Of a stretch of 35,204 nucleotides of DNA, positions 20,285 to 30,237 are shown in pieces. Source of the stretch: Candidatus Thalassarchaeaceae archaeon (GTDB taxonomy: Archaea; Thermoplasmatota; Poseidoniia; Poseidoniales; Thalassarchaeaceae); the NCBI GenBank assembly GCA_030747885.1, contig JASLJW010000049.1:1-35204 (forward strand). Reading direction: 5' to 3'. Below the pieces are notes generated by a model, which worked only from the letters and a program-made list of their open reading frames with translations, made no database searches and was not told where the DNA came from. Both the position numbers and the translations under genes were made by a program. Positions within the stretch are counted from its first letter, which is position 1. Each line of letters starts with the position of its first letter.

Positions 20285-20327
20285 ATGAACGGGCCTAGGA
20301 GGGGGCACTTCGCTTCAACGGTTCGCA

Positions 20328-22466
20328 TCAAAAGAGGGTGATATTGAATGCCAACGCATCGAATCCAAGAATCACTATAGTTGTGAGTAGGTATCCTAGA
20401 ATTGACCCACCATTTAGTAATGGTAAACCTGCTTGAGGTTTTCCTCTTGCAACCTGAGTCATTAGAATCATGTAACCTATCAATCCACCAATCAGGGTCC
20501 CAAATGCCACTGTTGTTGGTCCGTGCAAGCCAGCGAATCCAACTTCATTGGGTAACCAACTCATGGCAGAAATTACCAAAATTCCTGGGAAGATTACATC
20601 TCCCAATCCCATGAACATAGCATCCGAGGTTTTCTTTTGTTCTTTTTCAGGCTTGAAGGTTAAATCACTAGTTTCGATAGATTCCTTTGAAATCTGACTT
20701 TTCCTATCTCTTTCTACCATTGTTCCTTCATCTGCATTAAGGAATGAATACTCTTTGTCCTTAGGAGCTACCAATAGAATTGGAAGTTTTAGATCAATCA
20801 TGGTATCAGCAAGAGTAAGCATATGTTTGCTACCATTTACAGCCCAATGGTCATAAAATGCCATTGCAACCATGAAGATAATTACAATCCATGGAACAAA
20901 TGAAACTCCTAGCATTACACTCACTCCAGCCCCAACAAGTATTCCCGTAGTGTTTACGACATACCATTCTGGCCATAGGATAATAGCGGCCATTAGAACA
21001 ATGCTTAATCCAAATGCAATCAAGTCAGCCCAACTTACTCCAATTCCTGCAACTTCGAAAGGAGCCGCCTCAGATAGTTTCCACACCACCATATTCAATG
21101 GTTCATCGAATGAACTTGAATTCGTGTCGAATAAAATCACTCCTTCTTTCAGAATGTTGTAATCTGAGTGAGTTCGATATTGAATTGCGATAGCAACCAT
21201 TTCATCTCCAGAGATTGTAGTAGTTCGAGTACGATCAATTTTTGAACTTCCCATGAAAACATTTAGCTCTTCTCCATCTAGAACCCACAAATCATTCACA
21301 CCTCCATTACAGCAGTCTTCCAACAATAGGCCTCTGATTGGTCCGTCAAATGCTCCTTCGAAACTCACTGCTTCGTTCGCAATGACGGTTCCATTGGAAT
21401 GAACTCTGAATCCATTTACCACCCCATCTATTCTTCCTAAATACAGACTGTATTCATTTGCAGTCTCATTCTTTATCTCATTGGTATCACTACCGTAAGT
21501 CACTGCTGTGAACATATTTCCTTCTGGAAGAGTGTAATTCCATACAGGCTCAATAAAGGGTGCATCGAATCCTTCTCCATGAGGTTCGTTTGGAATTTCA
21601 AAGACTCCAGCCCAACGAGTTGAAACGATAAGCATATGATTTTCTCCAATATGCTCTGAAGCAAGGATATTGTTAGGATCAAATCCTTGAGGCATTAACC
21701 ATTCCCAGTTTGCGTTCCTTGAACTGTTGACTTCTTCTATTGGTTTGAATGGGTCAATTTTCATTAGACTACTTCTCACAATATGCCATGGTTCTCCTGA
21801 ATCAACAAATCCAAGATTGCAATCATCATCGTATCTTTCTAGAATCGTTCCATCATTTGAATCAATTCTAATCCATTGTGTTGAGTCACACATTACGAAA
21901 TCGTTAGTAGATGACATGAAGAATAGATTGGGAGAAGCTATTTCGCCCTGTAAATTAGAGACATTTGTAGTCCAATTTACTGTACCTCCAGCATATAATC
22001 CATCTCCTCCAATTGCTTGATTCACTGAAATGAGATCATTTCCATCATAGAGAATTAAATGTTCAACATCACTTAATCCTTGAAGAATTTGTGCACCCGA
22101 ATCCGTTTCTGTTGTAGTTGCAGTAAGTTCATCTGCTGGAAGAGCCAAATGCGCCATTGGAACTAGGGAGTACGACAACGCAATCCAAAGTACGAATAGA
22201 ATCCCAAATTGGATAAATTTCTGCAAATTTTTCTTTGCTAGCCAGATTATTGTAAAGGTGAATAGGAGGATGAATACTCCTTCAATAAGGATAAATCCGA
22301 CTCCGGTCTCGGAACCTGGTCCGAAAGCACGAAATTCATCTCGATTGTAAAATGGTTGAATTAATGTTGCAAGATATATTGTAATTGTGAACATCCCTGC
22401 CATTCCAAACATGGATGTCCATTGCCCCTTCAGTTCCTCCATTAGGGGTATCTCGGCCTTCGCCAT
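20328..22466 (-). CDS. Presenilin-family intramembrane aspartyl protease (PSH, A22) with large inserted soluble domain
   Basis: YD motif (AFYDHWAV), GxGD (MGLGDVIFPG), PAL-like QAGLPLLN, and nine hydrophobic segments with a ~365-aa insert after the third. Start ATG 22466. Confidence 0.9.
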   Translation of the reverse strand: MAKAEIPLMEELKGQWTSMFGMAGMFTITIYLATLIQPFYNRDEFRAFGPGSETGVGFILIEGVFILLFTFTIIWLAKKNLQKFIQFGILFVLWIALSYSLVPMAHLALPADELTATTTETDSGAQILQGLSDVEHLILYDGNDLISVNQAIGGDGLYAGGTVNWTTNVSNLQGEIASPNLFFMSSTNDFVMCDSTQWIRIDSNDGTILERYDDDCNLGFVDSGEPWHIVRSSLMKIDPFKPIEEVNSSRNANWEWLMPQGFDPNNILASEHIGENHMLIVSTRWAGVFEIPNEPHGEGFDAPFIEPVWNYTLPEGNMFTAVTYGSDTNEIKNETANEYSLYLGRIDGVVNGFRVHSNGTVIANEAVSFEGAFDGPIRGLLLEDCCNGGVNDLWVLDGEELNVFMGSSKIDRTRTTTISGDEMVAIAIQYRTHSDYNILKEGVILFDTNSSSFDEPLNMVVWKLSEAAPFEVAGIGVSWADLIAFGLSIVLMAAIILWPEWYVVNTTGILVGAGVSVMLGVSFVPWIVIIFMVAMAFYDHWAVNGSKHMLTLADTMIDLKLPILLVAPKDKEYSFLNADEGTMVERDRKSQISKESIETSDLTFKPEKEQKKTSDAMFMGLGDVIFPGILVISAMSWLPNEVGFAGLHGPTTVAFGTLIGGLIGYMILMTQVARGKPQAGLPLLNGGSILGYLLTTIVILGFDALAFNITLF

Positions 22467-22510
22467 GATGGTAGGGAACTTCAAATTGCATTTCAGTATA
22501 TGGACATACA

Positions 22511-23977
22511 ATGGGCACAGAAGGGGGGTCAGAGGATTTTGAGGACAAACTCACACCTCGTGAGTGGCTTGAAACTCGAAAAAGTATTGGAATGCGCCCT
22601 GGATTAGAAATTACATATGCGATGTTAACCCGTTTAGGAATGCCCCAGATGTCCTTTCCATCTATACATGTGGCAGGATCAAATGGTAAAGGAACCACTT
22701 CAGTATTCCTTGCAAATACTCTTACATTTTCAGGAACTAAGACAGGTCTGTTCACTTCCCCTCATCTCTGTCGTGTTGAGGAAAGGATTCGAATTGATGG
22801 ATGTCCTGTTGAACCTAGACAATTGGATAAGGCAATACATGCAGTTAGGGTAATGTCTAGAGAAGATCCAGTACTTGAACCAACATATTTTGAGACCTTG
22901 TTTCTTTCAGCTATGATTTGTTTTCGAGCATTGAATGTGAAACGTGCCGTAATTGAGGCAGGCCTTGGTGGACGTTTGGATGCCACAAGATGTTGTTATG
23001 CAGATTGTACAATTTTGACTGAGATTTCCTTAGAACATACTGATGTATTGGGCGATTCATTAGAACTAATTGCAAGAGAAAAATCTGCGATTGCACGACC
23101 TGGAGCAAAAATGATTGCTAGATGGCCATATGATCCTTCAGTTATGATGGCAATAGAAGAAGCAACTAGTTGGGGTTGTGGATATTGGTGGCGAGGGGAT
23201 CGACTGACTTTGGTTAGTTTTGAAAATGCAAATGAGCCATTTAGAGGAATAAAAAGTGGAGATGGAGAAACCATTCCTATTGGATTGTATGATGGATCCA
23301 TGACAATGAAAATGGATAATGCAATGTTAGGACATAGTGCTGCTCAATTTGTAATGGACCCACCATTGGTTCCTGCTTTACACGATGTAATGGAACGAAC
23401 ATTTTGGCCCGGTAGGATGCAGGAAATTACGGGACCAAAAGATGTAGAACTCCTCCTAGATTGTGCCCATAATCCCAGTGGTTTAACGAAAATGGTTGAT
23501 GAATTGAAAATAAGGAAAATAAGAGAGGAAAATGCTGGACGCAAATTCTCTCCATCTGCTTTACTGATTGGAGCCACACATCAGAAAGATTTGGCCATTT
23601 TTGTGCATCCCATTGTAGAGTTAATTTCTGAAATGGGAAATCCAATGGTAGTAGTTACAGAGCCACCAAATGGTCGTCTTGCACCTGTTTCATGTGACGA
23701 TTTGGCGGCTGAAATAAAATTGCAATACCCCTCTGCTAGAATTCAGGTTAGACCCGAAATTCAAGTGGCTCTTTCAACAGCCATAGATGAAGCTGTAGAT
23801 TCATCATCTCATTCAGTTTTTGATGGAGTTACTGGAACAGTATGGAGTTTCGGGAGTATTCATTTGATTGGTGGGATTCTTTCAATTCTTGGGCAAGATA
23901 CCGATGAAGCATTAACCACAATTAGATGGCAGGATGGAGACGTTATTGGAGACCGTGATGTTCCCATGAAACCATAA
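22511..23977 (+). CDS. folC: Folylpolyglutamate synthase/dihydrofolate synthase (Mur ligase fold)
   Basis: IHVAGSNGKGTT, FTSPHL, ERIRIDG, TYFE, EAGLGGRLDAT, EHTDVLG, WPGRMQ, DCAHNPSG. Confidence 0.92.
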   Translation: MGTEGGSEDFEDKLTPREWLETRKSIGMRPGLEITYAMLTRLGMPQMSFPSIHVAGSNGKGTTSVFLANTLTFSGTKTGLFTSPHLCRVEERIRIDGCPVEPRQLDKAIHAVRVMSREDPVLEPTYFETLFLSAMICFRALNVKRAVIEAGLGGRLDATRCCYADCTILTEISLEHTDVLGDSLELIAREKSAIARPGAKMIARWPYDPSVMMAIEEATSWGCGYWWRGDRLTLVSFENANEPFRGIKSGDGETIPIGLYDGSMTMKMDNAMLGHSAAQFVMDPPLVPALHDVMERTFWPGRMQEITGPKDVELLLDCAHNPSGLTKMVDELKIRKIREENAGRKFSPSALLIGATHQKDLAIFVHPIVELISEMGNPMVVVTEPPNGRLAPVSCDDLAAEIKLQYPSARIQVRPEIQVALSTAIDEAVDSSSHSVFDGVTGTVWSFGSIHLIGGILSILGQDTDEALTTIRWQDGDVIGDRDVPMKP

Positions 23978-24010
23978 GCGAGTGATTTCAGAGACTGATT
24001 AGGTGAAGCC

Positions 24011-24451
24011 ATGAGTGAGAAGTGGGACCGTCGATTTATCGATTTAGCATTGCATATTAGTGATTGGAGTAAAGACCCATCAACAAAGGTGGGTTGTGTA
24101 GTAGTTGGGGCAGATCGTGAGATTCGTTCCACCGGGTTCAATGGATTTCCAAGAGGAATTGAAGATTCAATAGAACGTCTAGAAGACCGAGAAATGAAAT
24201 ACCCTCTTATTTGCCATGCTGAAGAGAATGCAATAATGCATGCGGCACGAATTGGAATTTCATTGAAGGATTGTGTAGCATATGTAACATGGCCACCATG
24301 TACTCGTTGTGCTCGTTCTTTGATTCAAGCAGGTGTTGTTGAAGTTGTTTTCCCAAAAGACATCGAAATTCCTGATAGATGGGTCGAAGATTTTGAAAGG
24401 TCACTTTCAATGATGAATGAGGCTGGAGTAATAGCCCGCTCTACATCATAG
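24011..24451 (+). CDS. dCMP deaminase (ComEB family)
   Basis: SKDPSTKVG, GFNGFPRG, HAEENA and PCTRC zinc motifs. SD AGGTGA. Confidence 0.92.
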   Translation: MSEKWDRRFIDLALHISDWSKDPSTKVGCVVVGADREIRSTGFNGFPRGIEDSIERLEDREMKYPLICHAEENAIMHAARIGISLKDCVAYVTWPPCTRCARSLIQAGVVEVVFPKDIEIPDRWVEDFERSLSMMNEAGVIARSTS

Positions 24452-25000
24452 TCATGACTCAATTGTAGAGAGTAGAATTTTTAGTGAGTCGTCCAGTTCT
24501 TGTCTAGTCCCATCATTAATGATTAGTAAATCTGCCAATTCTGCAGTTGCGATAAGTGCTTGTCCAGATGGATTCTTTGCTACTGCTTCTGTTTCTTCTT
24601 GTGCGAGAAAATCTTGGTAGTTTTCAGGATCTCCCTCTCTGGCTCGTTGTTGCATTCTTTCCCATCTCAAATCTGCTGGTACATTGACTTCGATTAGTAG
24701 AAACCCCTCCCTTTCTCGCAAGGCGTGAACTTCGTCAGGAGTTCTAATTGAGTCAATGATGGTGGGTTGTTCAGGAGAGATTCTTTCAAGAAGTAATTCT
24801 GCCAATATTCCAGGTCCACCTTCGGAACGAAGAGTTCTCCCACCTTGAGTTAGATTTTCACGGTTAATTTCCTTCCCATTTTCCCTTAGCCAATGTCTTA
24901 TTGAATCTGAACATGAACATCCATTCCATCCTTGTTCCACAAACCATTCGACTACGGTGGTCTTTCCAGCAGCATTGCGCCCTGTGACTGCTAGAAGCAT
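24452..25000 (-). CDS. P-loop nucleotide kinase, UPF0200 / dephospho-CoA-kinase-like
   Basis: Walker A GRNAAGKT, SDSIR, IIDSIRTPDE, lid region RWERMQQRAREGD, ADLLIINDGT. Substrate uncertain. Confidence 0.8.
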   Translation of the reverse strand: MLLAVTGRNAAGKTTVVEWFVEQGWNGCSCSDSIRHWLRENGKEINRENLTQGGRTLRSEGGPGILAELLLERISPEQPTIIDSIRTPDEVHALREREGFLLIEVNVPADLRWERMQQRAREGDPENYQDFLAQEETEAVAKNPSGQALIATAELADLLIINDGTRQELDDSLKILLSTIES

Positions 25001-25072
25001 GAATAATCCTCAGTGTCGGATGAAATTATAGTTGTGTATGGCAATTATCGAAATGTTGAGCATATTGGATTA

Positions 25073-28000
25073 TTATTCCCATCCATCATCATCATCATCA
25101 TCATCAAAGTCATCATCTTCGAATAGTAAATCTACAAATTCGTCATCTATGCCGTCCTTATTCATTTGACGAATACTAACGAATGTAACTGTTGGGACAA
25201 CAATAATTGCAATTGCAATAAGCAGGATAGTCAGAGGATTTTGTCGAGCTTGTTCAATCCAACCTAATCCCCAACCGTATGCAACATCTATACCTACAGA
25301 AATGGCATTATCTTGTTCATCTATCTCTTCTATCTCATTACTAGCATCAACAACAACTCGAATTCTTTCTATGCCTTTTTGAGCATCCCAAATTGTATCG
25401 ATGTAGATTGTATCTCCATCTTCTATTCGATCAATTCTTTGTGTATTGAATGGTTCAGTAGAATCACCTGCATAGAATGAGACATCGAATGATGAATTCA
25501 GAGAACCTCCGAAGTTTGTTAGGAATGCTCTGAGTTCTACATCTGTACCGACACTAACACGTTGCTGCCCTACTTCGAGTCTCACTGCCCTTAATTCAGG
25601 ACTCTTATCTGCTCCAAGTGTAACCCATGCTAGTTCGAGATCATTATCCAAATAACTTGGTTCTCTTACAGGATCACTTTCACTATTGCTAGTTTGTGGG
25701 AATGTATTTCCTGCTGAATCTTCACCAGTAAGATAGAACCCTACAATATATCCCGTTCGAGGTGTTACTAGTCCTTCACTGGTAAGATCAACTGTTCCAG
25801 TCCATAAGAGAAGGTCATCTTGTAATTCCATTGAAAGAACAGAGAATCCAGCGGCAATTGTAGTCGTCCCATCTCTCATTATCCAGTGTACTTTTTGAGG
25901 AGCTTGTGCTAAATCTGAACATCGCTGATCGGAGGGGTCATTGACACATTCTTCGGTTCCAAGGAATGCAACATCGACTGCAGTAAGATCTGCTTGAGTA
26001 CCTATATCGATTATATCGATTGGAAGGATTCTATGAATTACTCTAGGTGGAGTATGGTCAACACTTAGTTGCAAAGTAGTAGAAACAGAATCTCTAGTCA
26101 TATCTTCACCTCGTCCAGGAATACCGGTGATTCCGGTCAAGAAAGTCCTAGTTTCCGCTGAAGCGAGAGTTGGAGCCGCGCTCAATGGAACTTCCACCAT
26201 GTAATCTCCATTTTCAGTTAGACTTCCATCAGACCACATTTGTACTCCATCGAATACTTCTACTATAATCCCTAGATTATTTGGTGGGGGCGTTTGAGAA
26301 TCTTCATACACTACTCTTCCAGTCCATTGAATACGATCATCTGGCCTAATTGAAGTGGAACTATCTATGGGTCCAACTCGTGGATGCATCACATCGGTGA
26401 TTGAGTAACTGGTTGGATCAAGAATCAAGTCGTTTTCTACGTGGAATGTACGATCAACAAATTCAATTCGACGCATATTTGCACCCAATTGTTTGTATTC
26501 AAATGCTAAATCACTAATTTCTTCATCTGGCCATTCCCAAGACATCTTGAAACGGAAGTCAACGAGAATCCAAGGTAATCCCGTATCGTTACTAATTACA
26601 GTAGTTTGACTATTAGGAAGAATTTCGATATAATCTGAATCACTCCAGAAAGAATTGTTTCTTCCAGAAAATGAAATAGTTTGGCGATCTCTTTCAGGAT
26701 CTGGGCCCTCAAAGTCGAAAATTAAACTAATTATTTCAAAATCTATTATTCCATTTGCATCAACCAATCCAGCACTAATTACTTGTTCAGTGCCTGCGAA
26801 AATTGCATCTCCATCATTATGGCCGGACCAATGAATTCCTGTGAAAACAGACTCCATGTCCTTTCTTGTTCGATATGTAGCAAGATCAGAAGAGAAACCA
26901 GGTCCTTCTCCTGAGTCTAGTAAATTACCTGCAGGATCATTTCCAGTAACATAGTATGAAACAGAAGCAAGGTTAGGATTTCTACTATCATCAATAGTGG
27001 TGAAGAATCTCTTGTTTTCTGCGGATGTTGTGTTAACCATTGTCCGATTCATATATTCGTCAGCATCTGCAATTCCATTTCGATTTATGTCATGATCTGC
27101 TTCCACCCAATAGTGTAGAGTAAGTTCGGTGGGGTCTCCTACTCCGTCTTCAACATCAATTACAATTGATTGATCATATCTGGCAGCAACATAGTCGTCT
27201 TGTTTAGGGCTATTATGGGTGATTTCTGGAGATGTAGCATCAATGTAGAAGGTTCGCCTTGAGTCAGAACTTGGTGGTGAAACTAAAGTCGGATCTCTTT
27301 CATTATATGTTTGAACTTCGTAAGTTATTCCATCAGGAATATCGATATCTGGTACTGTTAAACTGATGAAGAAAGAGCCATCTGGGTTATTTTGATCCTT
27401 CCAAGAAGATTGTACAAAGTCTCCTTGTTCTCCCTTTTGTGCAATTTGAACATCAAATACAGAATTCAAAGGAGTATCTTCAGTATCTGCGAACCACATT
27501 TGGCCTTGGAAAAAGATAGTTTCACCTGCTGAAACCCATGCTCCATCAGTTAGATTTTGACTTGTTGTAATTCCCTCCACATCTCTGACGCCTAGCCAAC
27601 CTAGCCCATATGTCTGATTTACTCTGATTCCCGTGTTTCCAGTTTCTGATAACATAGCTGGAGTAGATCCTTGATCATCGGTACATGTGACTCTAAATCC
27701 TACATTGTCATTGTTATGTTCAGGAAATTCACTGGTAACTCGGAATCTCCAATGGATTTCAAAAATACCATTGTTATTTGTGGTGTATGTGCCACCTTCT
27801 TGCCCTGGCTGAATAGGAATAATCCAATCTGCTGGATCGTCATCCATCAGAGTTCCAGTTTGTGACCATGTTAGTGATGGAGAATCTGAACTAGGTGAAG
27901 CAACAAAATCTAGAGTAGCATCCGTAATCCCAGATGCTCCTTCTCCGATGACATGTCGAGTTACAACTTCGTAAGCTTGGCTACGCTCGTGTAGAATCAT

Positions 28001-30094
28001 CCCTTGATCCCAAATGATGTCTAAGTTCACTGTTTGCATGGTATATGAGAGTTCAAATGAATTGATTTTTACTAGGCCTGGAGCAGTGGACGAAAGACTG
28101 ATTGGAATAGTTATAGTGCCTACACCAGTTCCTGGAATTTCGGAATTAATTGCACTTAGTAGGTTTGCATTGCTTGCATCTACTATCCCAAGAAGAGTTC
28201 CAGTATGAGCCCATTCATCTGTTCCATCATCCCCAATATCCATCTTTACATTTTGAGGTGCTTGACTGAAAATTTGAATGTTGAAATCATCTAAAGTGGG
28301 CGTATTAGCGTTGCCTGATCCTGAATAGAAATAGATGTAGAAATAGATGTATGAACTACTCCCAGAAAAAGAAATTGTTTGCCCAGGAGTATTAACGCTG
28401 TATTGCTGTCCGATTTGAAAATACATATTGAAATATGAATTACCGGGAGTTGTTGAATTCCACCATACTTTTGCAGCAACTGGAGCAGTTCCTGTAGTGC
28501 CTAGATATTTGTAACCTCTAATGTAACCACTTGAAGAGAAGCTTGAGACATATGTTAGTTGAACTCGATCTATAATTGGGGAGATACTGTTGTTGGTACC
28601 GTTGAGATAGGCTCGCCATTTGACTTGGTTTCCAGCATTTGCGAATGTAATTTGATTCCCTAGAGTTGCTGCTTTCCAAGAGTTTCCACCATCCACACTA
28701 ACTTCGATTTCTACAGAAGTTCCACTAGGTTCGTATGTGATTAGTCCGTTTAGTGTAATTGCACTGATTGGAGAAGCCAAATTTGTCGTTGATCCTATTG
28801 CTATACTACTTGATTGAGACGATGCTCTATGTTCAAAAGTAGCCCCAATTCCCGACTTTAAGACAGTTCGACTGGTTGTAGTAGGACAATAACTTGTAAT
28901 GGCTGAGTAAAAACAAGAGTAGAGAACATTTCCTTCTCCATCATCTGCAATTCCATAATGGCCTTTACTGTTCAGAGTGATTGAACCTTGGAAATCAACC
29001 CAAGCCCCAGCACTATGTAAAACAAAATGAGTAGACGAAGAAGTCCGATAAGAATTAATCAAAATCCTAGGGTAGTTGACTGCAAGCCCGGATACTGTAC
29101 CTGAAATTGTAGTACTCGTCCCAAGATAAGTGATAGAATTCGCAGTAGTAGGATTAGATCTTGAAACATTCCATAGATTGTAAGTCAATGATCCGGAACT
29201 TGAACGAACCAGAACTTTCAGAGAATCACTTTCTTGATCTATTGCAATCCCGACAGGATACGAACTAGAACTAGACATTGTCCAACTACCAACACAACTC
29301 CATGTAGAATCGGTAACCGTCCATTTTGTAATTAATCGATAATTGTATGAAACAGCCCAAACAGTATTCTCCCCATCTGCAGCTAAGTCGTAAAGTGAAT
29401 AAAGGGCTTGACTATTGCAATTGTTGTATTGTTTTGTTACTTGATTTACAACATTTGATGAAGATGAGTTGTAAGAATTTATTGCAGGTGTTTGATACAC
29501 CGTACTTGAACCATAATTACTTGAGAATAAGGTATCACCTACCTTTACTAAGGCTCCTGGGTAGTTCCAATTCATACTATTTGGTACAGTCATTGCATTC
29601 CCGCTGACTGTAGGGCTAATGTACCCTTGATCCCCATTTGAAGCAAATCTTCCAGAAGTATTGTGATATGAAGATGAAGCACTATCCCAATCCCTAGAAG
29701 CAGCTAGATTGTTTGAACTGGTGGTTTCTTGAGTATTGAGAGTTATTTCGTCATTAGCTACTTTCAAATTATTCCTATACCAACTAGAGAAGTATGTACC
29801 TGTGAATGATGCTGTGGTAGTCCCAGCACCTCCAAATTCACTGTCCGTAGTTCGGTTTTCCCATTGTGTATTCTGCGCAGTCCCTTCAATGGCAAATCGT
29901 GCTTGAGTAACTGCTGCACCATATGGGAGTGTTATTCCGGGTGTCTGAGCATCTCCACCAGTCGCACTAGTGAAACTATGGCTGAATGTAGTAGTCCCAT
30001 CAGCAAACTGAGTTTCTGTAGTTGCTGCCGAGACGAGTGGCGAAAGTGACATGGAAATAAGCAGAAAAAGAACAAATATTGGAGTACGTCCCAT
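25073..30094 (-). CDS. Giant secreted, C-terminally membrane-anchored surface protein with CARDB-like domain
   Basis: N-terminal signal peptide (MGRTPIFVLFLLISMSLSPLVSA), Ser/Thr/Gly-rich beta-strand domains, DINRNG Ca-binding-like motif, CARDB-like VVDASNEIEEIDEQDN, TM helix and poly-Asp tail. SD GGAGGT. Confidence 0.85.
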   Translation of the reverse strand: MGRTPIFVLFLLISMSLSPLVSAATTETQFADGTTTFSHSFTSATGGDAQTPGITLPYGAAVTQARFAIEGTAQNTQWENRTTDSEFGGAGTTTASFTGTYFSSWYRNNLKVANDEITLNTQETTSSNNLAASRDWDSASSSYHNTSGRFASNGDQGYISPTVSGNAMTVPNSMNWNYPGALVKVGDTLFSSNYGSSTVYQTPAINSYNSSSSNVVNQVTKQYNNCNSQALYSLYDLAADGENTVWAVSYNYRLITKWTVTDSTWSCVGSWTMSSSSSYPVGIAIDQESDSLKVLVRSSSGSLTYNLWNVSRSNPTTANSITYLGTSTTISGTVSGLAVNYPRILINSYRTSSSTHFVLHSAGAWVDFQGSITLNSKGHYGIADDGEGNVLYSCFYSAITSYCPTTTSRTVLKSGIGATFEHRASSQSSSIAIGSTTNLASPISAITLNGLITYEPSGTSVEIEVSVDGGNSWKAATLGNQITFANAGNQVKWRAYLNGTNNSISPIIDRVQLTYVSSFSSSGYIRGYKYLGTTGTAPVAAKVWWNSTTPGNSYFNMYFQIGQQYSVNTPGQTISFSGSSSYIYFYIYFYSGSGNANTPTLDDFNIQIFSQAPQNVKMDIGDDGTDEWAHTGTLLGIVDASNANLLSAINSEIPGTGVGTITIPISLSSTAPGLVKINSFELSYTMQTVNLDIIWDQGMILHERSQAYEVVTRHVIGEGASGITDATLDFVASPSSDSPSLTWSQTGTLMDDDPADWIIPIQPGQEGGTYTTNNNGIFEIHWRFRVTSEFPEHNNDNVGFRVTCTDDQGSTPAMLSETGNTGIRVNQTYGLGWLGVRDVEGITTSQNLTDGAWVSAGETIFFQGQMWFADTEDTPLNSVFDVQIAQKGEQGDFVQSSWKDQNNPDGSFFISLTVPDIDIPDGITYEVQTYNERDPTLVSPPSSDSRRTFYIDATSPEITHNSPKQDDYVAARYDQSIVIDVEDGVGDPTELTLHYWVEADHDINRNGIADADEYMNRTMVNTTSAENKRFFTTIDDSRNPNLASVSYYVTGNDPAGNLLDSGEGPGFSSDLATYRTRKDMESVFTGIHWSGHNDGDAIFAGTEQVISAGLVDANGIIDFEIISLIFDFEGPDPERDRQTISFSGRNNSFWSDSDYIEILPNSQTTVISNDTGLPWILVDFRFKMSWEWPDEEISDLAFEYKQLGANMRRIEFVDRTFHVENDLILDPTSYSITDVMHPRVGPIDSSTSIRPDDRIQWTGRVVYEDSQTPPPNNLGIIVEVFDGVQMWSDGSLTENGDYMVEVPLSAAPTLASAETRTFLTGITGIPGRGEDMTRDSVSTTLQLSVDHTPPRVIHRILPIDIIDIGTQADLTAVDVAFLGTEECVNDPSDQRCSDLAQAPQKVHWIMRDGTTTIAAGFSVLSMELQDDLLLWTGTVDLTSEGLVTPRTGYIVGFYLTGEDSAGNTFPQTSNSESDPVREPSYLDNDLELAWVTLGADKSPELRAVRLEVGQQRVSVGTDVELRAFLTNFGGSLNSSFDVSFYAGDSTEPFNTQRIDRIEDGDTIYIDTIWDAQKGIERIRVVVDASNEIEEIDEQDNAISVGIDVAYGWGLGWIEQARQNPLTILLIAIAIIVVPTVTFVSIRQMNKDGIDDEFVDLLFEDDDFDDDDDDDGWE
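25085..25105 (-). repeat. (GAT)7 trinucleotide repeat encoding the poly-Asp tail
   Basis: Seven perfect ATC units on the + strand, translated as DDDDDDD. Confidence 0.9.
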
Positions 30095-30237
30095 TGCCTA
30101 ACCTCCGGTGGTGTTTCATCTCTTACTGAATGGACATATCAACATGGCGTCGTCTCGTCAAACTTTATTGAAGTAAAATATCGAAGATTATATGAGAAAG
30201 TAGAATAGAATTGAACTTACAGGAAAGGTTGGTTATC

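Noticed and set aside
24011..25000. A bona fide AvcID/dCTP-deaminase defence system
   Set aside because: The domains are unfused and on opposite strands, and the context is housekeeping with no defence or mobile genes. Kept only as a weak functional hint.
28326..28351. Tandem 12-bp repeat TAGAAATAGATG
   Set aside because: Only two copies, coding YIYFYIYFY in a beta strand. Not a CRISPR or VNTR.
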